Source: Trichoplax adhaerens
Lineage: Eukaryota > Animalia > Placozoa
DNA length: 64,000 nt
Assembly (NCBI RefSeq): GCF_000150275.1
Contig: NW_002060954.1
Span: 496,001 to 560,000 of the forward strand
Direction of reading: 5' to 3'
Numbering within the stretch: position 1 is the first letter of the stretch; every line of letters starts with the position of its first letter. Positions 38,449 to 53,700 of the stretch are shown here, in pieces. The notes under the pieces are model-generated. The model was not told the DNA's origin. It searched no databases and saw only the letters and a program-made list of their open reading frames with translations. The position numbers were made by a program, and so were the translations under genes.

Positions 38449-38892
38449 GTACTGTAACAAGCAGTTGCACGTCATACTGTACTGTACTGTACAGTACTAT
38501 CTTGACAATATACTGTACTGTATCAAGATTCAATGATCATAAAATACCCGTACTGTACTGTACGTACAGTATAGTACAGTACAGTATACTGAGTTCGAGT
38601 GTGAACATTCAGTGTACTGTACTCTACAGTGTACAGTACAGTGGTGAAGTGCGTACTGTACAGTACTGTACAGTAATGACTATTGTACTGTACTGTAACT
38701 TACAGTACTGTACTGTACAGAGTGATTATTGTACAGTACTGTAATTGATTACTGTACTGTACAGTACTGTATTACTGTAACTTACTGTACAGTAGTACTG
38801 TACTGTACACTGTACAGTACAACCAGAATTCTACCGGAGAAAAGTTAGTGTACAGTACTGTACTGTACCGTACAGTACAGTACTTACAGTGT
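38449..38892. repeat. (GTACW)n cluster in the ZCCHC8/RNF10 bidirectional promoter
   Basis: Dense ACAGT/ACTGT runs; a smaller patch lies at 39650-39730 in RNF10 intron 1. Confidence 0.95.
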
Positions 38893-39326
38893 AGCCTCAT
38901 CTCACTGGCCTGCCTAATAAGCCATTCCAAGCAATCCGCAGCAGTCTGCAGTCTGTCTGCATCGATCCAAGCTATCTTTCATTTCAGTCGTTGTTTCACC
39001 TTATGAGTGTTGCTGCTGCTGGAAAGCTCCCGGCAAAAGGTTTATTAAATCGTACAAATCTTTGCGGTCAAGAATTTAGTTTCTTTACAACTAAATTCTG
39101 CTTCCTTTCCAACCCCTTTTATTGATATCCATTCTTTCCCCATAACGTGTAATCTTACACAACGTATATATACATATTTTTACATTTTATCATTTCCACC
39201 ATGGACTCTGGTTATTCGTATTAAGTTAAAAATTAGTCATGCATAGTAATTATACAATTCAAAGTTTCTCTTCAAATTTAAAACTTGGTTCTATTAATAA
39301 ACAATTTTTGGTGCGTCTCGTTAAAA

Positions 39327-42300
39327 ATGACTCAAAACGCGGACGATTCAACAGCGGTGGAATGCTTGCTATCAAGCAACGAAGGTATGAAAGAACAAAT
39401 TCTTTAAAGTTGTATGTACAGTATATACGCATTTTTACAATAGTAACCCTAGTATACCAAGATTCTAATCTTTATTAACTTAAATTACTTGAATCTACGT
39501 ATGGATCCTCTTATTGTTCTGATTGCTCAATGCTGTATGCCTTTGATAAAGCTCTGAAATAGAGATAAATTAAAAAAAATGTGCTTTACGCTCGAATACT
39601 GTAGTCGGTCAGCGCAGTGATCGAAAGAAGTCCTGTATTTTATTATCATACAGTACTGTACACTGTACAGTACTGTACAGTACATGTGATCGTATTACTT
39701 GTACAGTACATAATACTATACTGTATACTGTAAGTCGCTGGTGCATAACTGTTTATTCAATGTTCGTGTATTACTAACAGTAAATAAATTACAATTCAAC
39801 AGAAATAGCGATATGAATGTAAAAATCAGTAGGTTAGGTGGGAATTTTTTTCACAAATTACCAAGATTAAGTACTAAGTATCTTTATTAAATCAAAAGTT
39901 TTTAATCTTTCTTCAACATATCCTTACTTCGTCATGCTATGATATATTAATTCTCAATCTCTATATCACGCTATTATCATAAATTTATATTTTGTGATTC
40001 AAGAAATATATTGTATATAACGCTTAAGGAATTATCTGGATTTAGTATTAGCGAACAATCTATTATTGCAATAAAATGGAGTTCTACAAAAGTTAGCGCT
40101 AGATATATAATAAGACGTAATTAAGATGGATTTTATTTGTATTCCCTACATCACTGAGATGGAGAATACAAGAAAGATAGTCAATTGTCCATTGACTCTG
40201 CCGGACCATTTTGCACTCCGCTAGCTAATCGATCTGCCGTTGGAACACCGATTGATAATCGGAAGGAAGAAAAGGTCAAAACTCGCAAAAATCAAAGGGT
40301 ATATTCAGACCAGTTTTAAATTTTGGTTTGAAGGTAATGGTATTGAGAACTGAAACACTTTATCTATTTATGTAGTTCGACCTAACTAGGGATGTACCTC
40401 GGGAAAGAGGGCGGAAGAAGGCTGGGCAATCAATAAACCATTTGCTTAATTTTACAATATCATCTGAAGATTATCCAACGGATACTCACGGTCATCATCG
40501 CAGAAATCCAAAATATCGCGTTTCTACTTTTAATAAGGAACAATATTTGCAAGCTAAGTGAGTATTCTAATAATGCCTGGTAAAGGCGAGCTACTTACCC
40601 TATAGATTGGTCATGTTTCTAAGCAGAGGATTCTATAAGAACGACAAAATATTTTGACAGCACAAATTTTTTTGTAGCTGCCAATTCTTAGTTCGCGCCG
40701 ATGGTGATTACGCACTTCACAACATTGATCCTGATGTTCTCGTCCAATGGGATAACATCGAACAAGTAGTAAGCCATGGTTAAGCTGTATCGCTGACGTT
40801 TTAATAGTATTATTTAAAACTATTAAATAAAATGCTTGAGCATACATATCCAACTTTTTTGGTATTTGTATAAGAATGTAGCAATTCTGTAGCATGATTA
40901 TTTATTTTGCAATGTAGCGGCTATGGTGCCATGAACTACCGTCTTGTCCGATTTGTTTGTACCCACCTACCGCTGGTAAAGTATATAATGATATTTTCTA
41001 GTTTTTTATTTGAACTGGAATTACCTGATATAGATATCTAAATATGAATACTTTTTCTTTTAGCTAAAATTACCAGATGCGGCCATATTTTCTGCTGGCC
41101 TTGTATATTGCATTATTTGTCTTTGGTAAGCCAATTATAATAGTTAAAAGTATACGCATGTAATTGGTAGATTTAGTGATTTTAAAACATGTGTTTTCAC
41201 TTAGACCGAAAAGAGCTGGAAAAAATGCCCTCTCTGCCAAGAGGCAGTTCATCAAGTAGATTTAAAAAGGTAGATTTAATGTCTATCTACTACTATTACG
41301 GTTGTTAGTAATGTGTTACCTGATCATAACCTTATCTATTTAGTGTAATCAGTATTGCTAAGCATCGCTATGCACTGGGAGAGGATATTACGCTATGTCT
41401 AATGCGAAGACGTAAGGTATCAAACAGAACATTGCAGCATAAGCACTTTATACCAACTCACGCTATTTTACGAACCGGTTACTACAGGATTCAACCATGG
41501 TACAGATAGCATCTGAATTGGATGATGTTCTGAGAACATCCTATATTGAAGGTATACAGCAAACTGGTGATATATTATTATGATGGAGTGAATAAAGTCT
41601 TTAGAGTGATAAAATGTCTCAATTATTGAGAGAAATACGCTTATGGCTGCAGCTACCTTTGATTGATCAGCTATTTTAAACCGTATTTTAGATTATCGGG
41701 AAACATTTTCGAAGCTCATTTTAATAACAACCGATCAAGTTATTAAAAGGGTAATTTCACAATATGAGATAGTTTATAAAATTCAAAAGCGGTAAACATT
41801 ATGCACTAATCAACTACATATTATACATGTATTCAGATAATTCAAGAAGAAGAAAGGATTCTTAGAGAAACTTTGGGTAGCACTGTCTGTCTTGAGGTCT
41901 ATAAATTATTAGTTTCTGTAAAATTTTATCAAAAAGCGAAAGTTTATTGCATTGTGTACTACTTTACACGTGATAGCTATATACGTATTTATTGCTGTAT
42001 GCTACTTTATTTATTTATTTATTAATAGCTATTTACACGTATTTTCTTACTGTAGGTGGAAGAACTCACATACATCAACCGAGCCTTAGATCTACTCCAG
42101 GTTAACTGCTTTCTATAATGTATTTTGCTGCTCTCTTTAGTTGTTGAACATACTTCTGTGTGTAAATCACTTACCCGTGGATGTACTCTATGTAATCGCA
42201 TTGTTGCTTGCTATTGTAAATCCGTAGGTTCGAAAGAAGCAACTTACGGAAATTGACAGTATTTGTGTTGATGAAGTGGAGCACTCAAAGAACACATCTT

Positions 42301-44743
42301 TAAATACTCAGGTTAATACACAGAATTTTAATTTACTATCAGCATGCAAACTTTATCTCTTAAATTTATTGAATATAGAATTTGTAACTTAAAAGTATTT
42401 TAAATTAATGTCTCGTACGTTAGGATGCTAAAAGCACACACACAAACGCAAGTGCTGCCAAAGTCAACCACCAAGATGTCTTACAGAGAATTTCTGATGA
42501 GCCGAACGATATCGGAAGTGCCGTGTAAGTATCGAGAATGTTACATTCGTATTATATAGGGAGTGATACTTAATGTCATAACATTACCGTAATGATATTT
42601 ACAGCAGTTTTTTAATGTGTGACCTATATAGATAATTAAAGTAATTTTCTTTAGTAGTAGCGATAAATTAGCAATGGCTCAACCACCTTACGAACCTCCG
42701 GATAACTCCTACTACCTATATCAGGGTTAGATATATTGTTATCTTTAAGTGGGATTAGGTCTTAAATAAGCACTATGATTAATAATCATGAAAAACTATT
42801 ACTTATTTCTCTTAGCAAAGGACGGCCAACATATCTACTTGCATACATTTAATGCGAAGTGTTTAATTAAGGTATTAAGTTTTCTTTAGCAATACTATTG
42901 AGAAGGTATACGAGTTGCAATACTGATATACCAATTGTTAATCGTTTTAATTAGGAATATGGTAGCCTTAAAAATGCTCCTAGAATGCTTACCGCTAGAA
43001 TTATAGACCTCGAGCAATTTTCAGTGACCGAAGTATAAATACCGAACTCTATTTCGCATCTTAAAGTTATTAAATTGAATCTAGCGATTAAATGATAATT
43101 TTGATCTTAGGAATTTCGCAGTAGAAATCGCTACCTAAGACATTTGCCACTGACATGTATGGTATACATTTGTGAACTTGATCTAAGGCAACCTACTCTT
43201 TCAAGGCCTATTCTGCAGACATTTTCAAGTACGTATAGATTTATCATATTTGATTGTCTTCATAGTACCTTAGCGATATATTTTCGTTTTAAATTAAGCG
43301 TCTTATTAAATACATTGTATGCAATTCAAGGAGAAATACGTCAGCGCAAGGAACGACGACGGAAGAAATTGTTAGCCGAGAAACGCTGTTTTACCAATAA
43401 ACTTAAAGGTTATTATTAGCGGAGATTTTCATGACAGCACTTCAATTATGTATATGATCGAACTACTCTATCACCTGTGTCACTTCACAGATAAAACAGT
43501 ACCACCTCCCAATACACTTGAAAGCTTTCCTTCCATGGGATTTGTCTTGACAGGTGCTACCGCTACGTTGTCTATCTCAACTGAACCTGTCGAAGAACCA
43601 GCTCCTGAAGGTATTTCTTTATGAAAAGGGGCGATATTCTGGATGTATCATACTGTGATATACTGTACTTATGATTAAATGGATTTGTCATGCTGTGTAT
43701 TTTAAGATTTGTTGCTTGTAGTAATTCACAGCACCTGATCGATCATTCTTCGTTACATTTCTGGAATATTACTTTGATCTCATCTTGATAAGCTTATAAT
43801 TAAATACGACGTATTTCATTGAAATCTTATCAGGGCTTGGTTTTTCATTAAACTGTAATACATATTATAAAGTAGATTTCTTTTTACTATTGCTGCATAT
43901 ATCTTCGTAGTCATGTCAAATTTTAAATTTAACTTCTTTTATCTTGGCATCCTTTTATTAATTTTAGTATTGAATATTTGATTATATTTATTAGAATCAA
44001 TCGACTCACAATCGAGTTCATGTTACGATGCGAAGAATATTGGTACGAATGATTTTACTAAATAGTTAGGCTGATTCAATTCTATTGATATTTGTATAAT
44101 GAACAAGCGGTTTAAATTAATATACCTATATAGGTAGTGAATCAGAATCGTGCCGTAATTTAGATGTACAGCCTTCATTCGCTCAGGTAGTTCCTTACAG
44201 AAAATTTCCTTTATGTATCAGAGCTTATTACGCTTGTGGTTTATACAGGCTCTTCTCAGTAATGTAAAATCTTCCGGTAATGATTTAAGTTCGGCCAACG
44301 TTCCCGAATTTAAGGGTAAGTAAATATGGCTTATGTCTAAATGGCTTTGCCTTCTAAATACATAGTGCATATGAAGTATGTAAATCTAAAAAATTTTAGC
44401 TAGTAACCAGATAAAAATTTTCAATAGATGCATTAAGAAAGAATGAGAAGATACCTTTCAAGTTAAATGACGATTCAGATAATGATATAAATCCTATACC
44501 TTCTTACCGCGAGTCATTTATGAACTCTTTGTCTAACAATTGGGGCGTTAATCGCGAATTACGACCATTAGAAGGTAATAACAGTAGCTATAGATCAGAA
44601 TTACTGGGCCATTTATTACGATTCGACTTTTAAATCTACGTAATTATTTCGTCATTTCAGATTCTCTTAAGATTACTGGAAAAAAGAAGAAAGGCGGAAA
44701 AAAGTTACTTTTTTCCAATAGCAACCACTTAAGATATAGTTGA
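39327..44743 (+). CDS. RNF10: RING finger protein 10 (Mag2 homologue, ribosome quality-control E3)
   Basis: About 20 short exons: [135 protein letters not shown]. First exon MTQNADD..E joins DGEYK in phase 1. Confidence 0.95.
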
Positions 44744-45769
44744 ATCACAATTTTTAGACATTGACTCTACTGTCGAAAGGTATATGATGTGTTCGAGTGT
44801 GCTGCTAATGCATCTGAACTTTTCTGGTCTCTTAGTACGCTTTTTGAATTGCCATTAACTTAAAACATACAGATAGGGTTTAACACCTTAGATTTATCAA
44901 ATTATTACACAGTTTATCAACTCGATTGATGCAGTTAGGGTGTAGTACTTTTTGAAGATCTGAATATTTAATCTAACTTTAAGGATTAGGATTATTTTAC
45001 GCGCCTATTAATCACAACCCTTAATTCGCAATACTGTAGATGCCAACATTGTGTTATATTCGTATTTCGCTAGTCATTCGATAATTATAGTGATCATATT
45101 TTTTGTTGCTGATTTGTTTCTGAAATTGTAATTTGTGCAGTACAGTATGTGAATCTTATGATTGATTACTCGCTGGTACTTTTTTTATGCTCTATTTACT
45201 AATTGCTATATTACAAGACTGACAAGTAAAGTAACTTAGCTTTTTAAATACTGACCGCCAACGCTCTTACAAACAGTAAATACATCGAATAGGTTACCTA
45301 AAATTCGCGCAGCCATCGAAGCGTTTATCGTAAAAGCCAATTACACAAAGGAAATATTTAGTCAACTCTTATATATATGGACAAAATGCTCATCATAGAT
45401 TGATTATTCGTCATGGGTGCGCTTACAGTTTATACGATTAAGATTTTTCCATTTAATAAACGTACTAAATTTGTATATTCAGTTTCTATTTCTTAACAAT
45501 TATTAATTAATTAATAAAATACCCTGAAGTTCTCTTATAAATGCAACGGGCACACTAAACGAAACAAACGTGATTCGTAATAAAAACTTTCTGAATTAAT
45601 AATTCAGCCGCATTACTTTCTTACCAAGTACTGTTATTAAAATTAAATTTTAAGCAAAGTAATAATAGTAATTATAGTTTCTAACTGTAACTCGAGGGCA
45701 AACGTACTGAGCAGTGCAGTCGCTCCATAGAGTTTTCACCCCTTTAAGTGCTAACAAGTATTACCAATT

Positions 45770-46710
45770 GTACAGTACTGTGCATTGGTCAACCGTCTTC
45801 TACACCCATTTAAATTCCTTGTCAAATACAGTATACAGTACTGTAGTGTACACTAGAGACCCTTAACTCCTACACACGCTATGACCAAATCTGATTGTTT
45901 ATTTATTTATTTTATTCTACGAATGTACTGTACTAGGCACGGGCATTAATAGTCTAGTATTGTGAGTATACTGTACAGTACAGTATCACGCGTGGGGATT
46001 CTACAAACTTGTACAGTAGTTACAGTTACCGTACTGTACTGTGCAATCAACAACAGGATTATCTGTATGGAGCACTGCTGTACAGTACAGTATTTGTACT
46101 GCACAGTGTACAGTACAAATTGTGAGTTCTCTACAGTACCTAGTAGGCTAGTACAGTACTGTACTTTACGTCACGGTACTACTGTATACTGTACTGTAGT
46201 AGTGTATGGGAGTGACAAATAGTGCGTGAACCTCGAAAAACTGGTTCAGCCCTTTCAATAATAAAATCTATTGATTTTTTATTTTAAGTAATTGATATGA
46301 TTTACCCTACTGTTAATTAATTGCATCTTTTCATAATGCATAGATTCGCTCGGTTGTGAATTTCATTGAAGATTGAGACGAAATCAGTCTACTGTACTGT
46401 ACAATATACTGTATACTGTACAGTACAGTACGGTATACAGTACAGTACTGTACTGTACTGTACTGTACTGTATTGTGCCTGCACCACACAGACTTACTGT
46501 ACTCTGAACTGTATGTACTATGACATCCGTATGAGATACCCTTGTACAGTACTGTGCAGTACAGTACTGTATAGTACAGTAGGGTACTGTGCATTGTACA
46601 GTACTGTACACTGTACAGTACAGTACAAGAAGGTACGGTGCACTTGTGACTGTGTACAGTACAGTATAATGATAGGATCAATAATGATCTACTGTAGACT
46701 ACACTGTCAA
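45770..46710. repeat. (GTACW)n clusters upstream of CLIP1
   Basis: Dense runs at 45966-46200 and 46390-46710. Confidence 0.93.
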
Positions 46711-47435
46711 GTGTCCAACTCGTAAACGTGTACCTTGTCTCAAAAAGTAAGATAGTCAAAACGAAATTTTATAGCTAACCAGCCCGCATCGACCTATTGG
46801 GGAATCCCTAAAAAATTTCAAGTTAGTACTATATCACGTTAACTTAGCGGTAATGATCCAATCACTAATGTATAGTGCCATCTATAATATCTCGTATATA
46901 CGTATTTTGCTTAGATGAAGTTTAGTAAATTGTATTCGAAGACGAAATTCTTAAGAAATTGAACACTATTTTTTTACCTTATGATTTATAAACTTGTACA
47001 GTATCAGTATTACTACATTCATCGAACCAAAAATGCGAACCTGCTGCTTCATTATGTGTTTCTGAAGTTACTACTGCAATAATTGCGTTTACTTCTTATT
47101 TTAAAACTTGCCTTTGGTAGAGATTGAAATACTATAGTAAATTGATTCCATCTTATACCAATTACGGGAAGAGCATATTGTAAATGGTACAGTATTTACC
47201 TCCTCACGTTTAAATCTTCAAATACACGTACCGTAAATTGAAACATAACGTACTTTCTTTATTATAAAGATTATGCTAGTTTTCAATTGATGTACTGCGC
47301 TATACGCTAGTTGTAAATCAGAATAAGATCAATGCAAAACATTTTACAGATTTTATCTGTTTATTCCGCCAGAAGAATCAGATAGCAGTCATGTCAGTCA
47401 TCAATCTTGAAAATGATACTCTACATAGTCACTAC

Positions 47436-47600
47436 TACAGTACCACTGTCAACTGTACAGTACTTGCTGTACGTACTCTACTGTACTGTACTGTAGTACA
47501 GTACAGTACTGTACCATACTGCACATACAGTACAGTATACTGTACACTGTACAGTACTATAACATTTGATTTTAGTCTGTTGATAATTATGTACAGTATT
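47436..47600. repeat. (GTACW)n cluster about 200 bp before the CLIP1 ATG
   Basis: ctgtactgtactgtagtacagtacagtactgtac. Confidence 0.88.
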
Positions 47601-47797
47601 ATTATAATAATTATCTAGGCTTAATTACACTACTGTATTATTAAGTCTTGGCATATAGGCACTTTTTCGACGTTAAAAATTCAAGTTTAAAATTAAACGG
47701 ATTGCGAAGTATCTTCAGTGCATTACGATTTTAATTAAGAAACATCGACTGTTGCTAATCGCTAAATTTTTAATCGTTCTCCTTTATTCGGAGTAGG

Positions 47798-50700
47798 ATG
47801 AGTAGAATACCATCGAATTTTGGTAAGAGTAAAATCGGTCAACCCTCGAATGGTAGTGCAGCTTTGACTCGGACAGGTTCAACGAGTAGCTCAATAAAAC
47901 CTTCGTCAGGCCTTAAACCTCTTAGTAGTGCACTCAAGCCTCCTTCTGCCGGCACCAAAATATCGAAAATATCCCCCGCATCGAGCGTGAAGAGTTTTAG
48001 CACCGAGTCATCACGTTCCTCTTCTCCAACACGCCGGCCAGGCTTGCAAGCGCCTAAAGGAGTTGGAGAGATTAAAAAGCCAGTGACCAGTGGATTAAAA
48101 GCCCCTATACCCAAAACTAGTAGTAATAAAGCCAATACTCAAACAGTCAAAAAATCTGCAAATGCAGGTCTAGCGAAGCCGAAAACGAAAACTACCGAGG
48201 TTGCTCAGCCATCGAAGAAGGCCGTGCCTAAACTAACTTCTAGTCTTTCAAAACCTAAAGCAGCAGGTCTCCATCAAAGTGGACATTTACAATACGGGGG
48301 TTCTTCAGCGGGTACAGCTCATAACGCAAGCCGTAGTCAATCAAGTTCGCATCATGTAACTGGCACAGATGTTACGGGACGACCACAAACATCTTCATTT
48401 AAGAAGTCAACGTCAACTGCTTCACTATCTGGTGTTGAGGGATATGAAATTGGTGATCGTGTGATGACTAGTGGTAATAAACTAGGGACAGTATCTTACG
48501 TTGGGAAGACCCAATTTTCATCCGGCATGTGGATTGGTGTTACTTTAGATGAACTGCTCGGTAAAAATGATGGCTCGGTATCTGGAGTTGAATACTTCCG
48601 CTGTGCACCTAAGTATGGCATTTTTTGTCGACCTGAAAACGTTGAGCCTGATCGAACATTTGTTCTGAGACCATCTAGTCGGGTTAGTTCAATGTCGAGT
48701 TTAATTAGTGGTATGGAAAGTATTGCCGAAGAGGCCAACGCAGAGGTTACTGTTGGAGATCGTGTTATTGTCTATGGCAAGACAGGAACTCGTAAACAGG
48801 GTACCTTAAGATATCTTGGTAGCACCATATTTGCTTCTGGTGAATGGGCAGGTGTAGAACTAGATGATGCTTCTGGAAAGAATAATGGCGCTGTTTCGGG
48901 AACTAGGTACAGTAAGATGATTAATATCAGGATTATGTAATGAAATGTTTCCTTGAAATCTAATTTATCAATATTACAAAAGGGCAATATGTTATCTAGT
49001 GTATAGTTAACGTCGATTTTTACGTTATTTGCGTATGATTATGATTATAATTATATTTATTATTAATGTATTAATTAAATTAGGCACTAAAATTAACGAT
49101 ACGAATATATGTTAGTTACTGCTTACAGTCGCAAACAAGAAAAAATTAATTTGAGATTGAGTAGACTTCATCAATATAATTGTATTTAAATTTAATTTAA
49201 TTTGCGTAGATCTCTTTGCCATACAGTATATAGCTGTAGCTTTAATGCTAGTTATCATAAAGAACTAGATAATTACTATCATAAAACATAATAATGCTAT
49301 TTGCAATTATCTTTTAATGCAGATATTTCATGACGAAATTAGATTCTATTTGTTCATATCGATATATTGTATCTTTACTTTTTCTTTACTTATTCCTTAA
49401 TTAAGGTATTTTACATGTCCTCCTAAACATGGTTTATTCGTGCCTTCACATAAAGTCGCTCCAATTCCGGTTGATGATGTCGATGACTTTCCACCAGATG
49501 CAGGCAATATTAGCGGTGATAGAGATAATGATAAAGAGATGATAGAACTAGAGCAACAGTTGTTACAGCAACAATTTGAGTTACTAGAACAACAGATGAT
49601 TGAAGAAGGGGATAGCGATGAACATTCAAATGGCCCAAACGTGAAAGAAAGTGATGAAAATAGTAACGTTTTAAAGGATGATACACAAGTAAATCTTGAG
49701 CCCATTGACACAAATCCCATAGATACTGACGCTGATTTCGAAGCAATTGAGAAGCAAATTAATGAAAGTTTACATATGAACGAAGAGAATAACAAACTAG
49801 TTTCACCTGCGCAACCGCATATTGATAGCAGTGTAGAGCCGATTGCGAATATAGAAGATCAATCGCCAATCGAGAGTGGTACCGAAAATACAGTATCTAA
49901 CCAATTAGATAACAATGTCGACGGGGATTATCTTAACCTTGAAGAAGCCGTAAAAAGTATTGATGAGATTACTAAACCATATGAAGATGATAATTGCGTG
50001 ACTGGTAGTAACGATGGGAACTCACTTGAATCGGATTCTGTTAAGAATAAAGAAATTATTGAGGAAGCTGGGAATAAAGATATTACGGATAACGTTATTG
50101 ATGAAGCTTTCGACAGTGATAATAAGAATCTCATAATTAACTTGGATGGTATGTTTAAACAAATAATAAACTTAAAAAAAGTTATCTTACGGACCGACCT
50201 ATTAGATAATGAAGAAGATATTCGTAATAAGCAGAATCTCTGGGTTGATATCTTGGTTAATGCAATCGATGAAATCAATGAACTACGATCTCGAGAGGAT
50301 GGCAGGTAAGATCGATTGATAAGCTAACTGATTAGCCCTCTATTATCAAGATGTTTTATGATTGTTTACAGAATTGTCAATAACCATTTGTTTTATAGAC
50401 TACGTTGACCACGATATCAAATAATATTTTAAGCTCTCTAAGTTTTTATCTGAATTTAATAGTAGTGAAAAATATCAAGACATTACTGAAAATACGGAAA
50501 ATGATTCAGGAATTGATCGATTGCATAAGATTGAACAGCTGGAGAGAGAGAATAAGCAGTTGGCAGACATGCTGCAGAAAGAAAAAAGTAGCACCGCTGA
50601 CGATTTACGCAAATCATTGGACGATGCAGTTCTAAGAATATTTGAATTAGAGAATGAACATGATCAATTGAAGAAAGGCCATGAACTTATTGATACTGAA

Positions 50701-53700
50701 CTAAGAAAGTCGCTCGATAAAATGAAAGAAGAAGAAGGAAAGATTAAATCCGCTAATGAACGTATTACCGAATTAGAAGAAGAACTCAATCAATCTAAAA
50801 ACGAACTAAATGTATTAAAAATTAAAAGTAAGCAAAATATGATAGATCAACGAGAAGATTTTACAGACAATGAGGAATTGAATTCGAAAATACCTGAGGA
50901 TAAAAGAATGTCGTTGATAGTTCACACTGACAGTGAATTAGAAGAATTATCAAAACTGCGAAACAGCTGCCGGTTGCTAGTAATGGAGTTGTTATCACAG
51001 GATTTAGCGGAACCTAATAATTTAGATGAGCAGATTACTCAAGCATCTGTAAAGATAAGAGATATGAAAAAGAATCAGCACGACGTAGTATATCAACGCC
51101 TCAATGAAGACACTGAAAGTACGTCAAAACCGAATGAAATGCAGCCTCAACAATGTCAAGATACAAACGAGGTCCAAAAATATCAATCTGATATGGAAAT
51201 ACAATTAGCTTTGGATTTACAAAATGCGCGATCACAAATTACAAGTCTGCAGTCAGATAATGAAGCTTTGAAGAACCAGCTATTACTAAGTAATAAAGAA
51301 TCTCCTTCAGATGTGAAAGGTGATAATTTAGTATCAGATATTGAAAATGATTTACGAATTCAGATTAGCAATCTCGAAATAGAACTTGAACTGGCTCGTG
51401 AGCAGAATCTTACATTGGAAAATGAACGGTACGAATTAAACACCAAATATGATAGCTTAGCTACAAGCGATAATCAAAATGCTGATAATGCTTCTGCCGC
51501 TAATTCTTTAAGTTATCATAATAAAACGAAAATGATGCAAATGATATCATTTGTCATATCTAATATCGATAAGGCAACATATGAAGAACCAGATGTTAAA
51601 GACTCCATAGCAGCAACGCTGCAGGATATACGTGGGATATTGGAAATTCGAAAATTTGATAATATGGATGATACAGTTGACAATAGTAATAGCTTATCCT
51701 ATAGTGTTCAAGGTATTGATAATAGTGCTAACGCTGCTGCGGCTGAAGTAGAGTTATCTGAGAAACTAAATGCTGCTAATAGCCGATTAAATGTCTTAGA
51801 AGTTGAGTTAGACTATCAAAAGAAGGCATTTGCAGATAAAGAAGTTATTGCAGAAAAAAATAAAAATGAGCTACATTTGCAGTTGGAAGAAAGTGAAAAA
51901 CGAATTGAAGAAGTAAATCTTCAACGCTTGGAACTAGAAGAAAGTCTTGCTAAAGTGCATCACGAATTAAATGTTTCAAAATCGAAGGAAATCGACTTGT
52001 TGGCAAACGAAAAGTCAATACAACAAATTATGACTTCTCTAGAAGCTGAAGTAGAAGGACTAAAAATTGATCTAAATGTTGCTAGGCAAAGCGAAGAATT
52101 AGCGAAAGAAGAAAATGCGAAGACTTTGAAAGCACTTGAACAAACAGAATATGACTTACAAAGTCAAGCAGATGAAGCTGAAAGCCTTCGCAAAAACTGT
52201 TCAGACTTAACACGGTCATTAACAGATATACAGGAAAAAGTGTTAGAGTTGCAGCTCGCAAGAGATAATATCATTAACGAGTATAAGGTAGAAAAGGATA
52301 AATACGAAGATTTAGAAAGAACAATTGATGATCTGCGGGAATCTTTGCAAAGTTTAGAAGCGGATAAAGAAAATATTGAGAATGATAAATTGCGTATTGA
52401 AGAACTCGAATTATTGCTATCTAGGAAAGAGGACGAATACAATACACGAATATCGACTCTAACTTCAGAGAAAGATCAAGCCCTAGAAGTAATTAATACT
52501 TTACAGATTTACGAAGAAAATAGTGTCGAAGCTGCTAAAAAATTAACTGAAATTCAGGAAGAGTATGAAGCTGCTATAATGAAAATAACGGCTTTAACAG
52601 AAGAAAATGATAGTTTGAAAGCACTAAATATTACCGTTAGTGAACAAAAGGAAGCCATCTCTGAATATGTTAAACTTATAGCTGAACGAGAATCAGAAAT
52701 AAACGCTACCAAATTAGTCATTGGGCAGGAAAAGGAATCAGTTAATCAAATGCAGATTGCCTTGGAAAGTATGGAAAATGATAAGAAAAATATGTTGGCA
52801 GCCCATGAACAAGAGAAATGTAATTTACAGCAGTTACTTGACGATAATGAAATTAAATTACGAGACAGTGAACAAGTTTGTGAGGATCTTACACTTCAAT
52901 GTGAAGAACTAGAAGATAAATTGAAAGAGGCGTTAGAATGTGCTCAACGAAGCCTTCATGAGGTAGATGGCGCCCGAGAAGACATATTAAATTTGAAGAA
53001 AACTACAGAAGATTATCAACAACTGCGCCTTTCTTATCAAGAACTTACTCATAGAGTCGTAGACCTGGAAAATGAAAAGTTGCAAATCACGACTAACTAC
53101 GAAGAGCGTATTAAGGAGTTGCAAACTTCACTTCATAAAACCCATACCAAAATGAATGAAATCACCGATAACCAAGTAGAAATTGAAAGTGATCGTAACT
53201 TGTTCCTAAAAAATGCTTTAGAAGAATCCAATTCGAAAGCGAAGTCACTGGAAATTGCTTTGGAATATCAAGAAGCTCAGTCTGCCGAATTATTAGCAGT
53301 TCGTGAAAAGCTAATTCATGAATTAGAAGCTTCACGCAAAATGATTGATGAGCAGAAACAAATCAAAGAAAATTTAAGCAAGTCGATAAATGAACTATCT
53401 AATAATTACGACCAATTGAAAGATCAGTCTAGCAATTTCACTTTATCCCAGCAGGATCGCGATAGTAAATTGAACTTATTACTTGAAGAAGCACACACTA
53501 ATTACTCACTTCTTGAAAAAAATTACGATGAAGAAAGGAAAAAAAACAGCAAACTGGAAAGTACTCTCAACACTGTTAATAATAGAATTGAAGAGTTACG
53601 GAACATGCTCGATGAAAGAAATAATAGAATTGTTGACTTGGAAACGTCACTGCATGTTAGCATAAAAGATTTAGAGGTATCTGTAAATAAGCAGATGTTA

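Noticed and set aside
49392-49405. TTCCTTAAT resembling a U12 branch site in CLIP1 intron 1
   Set aside because: Too close to the AG, and the donor is GTACAG (U2 type).
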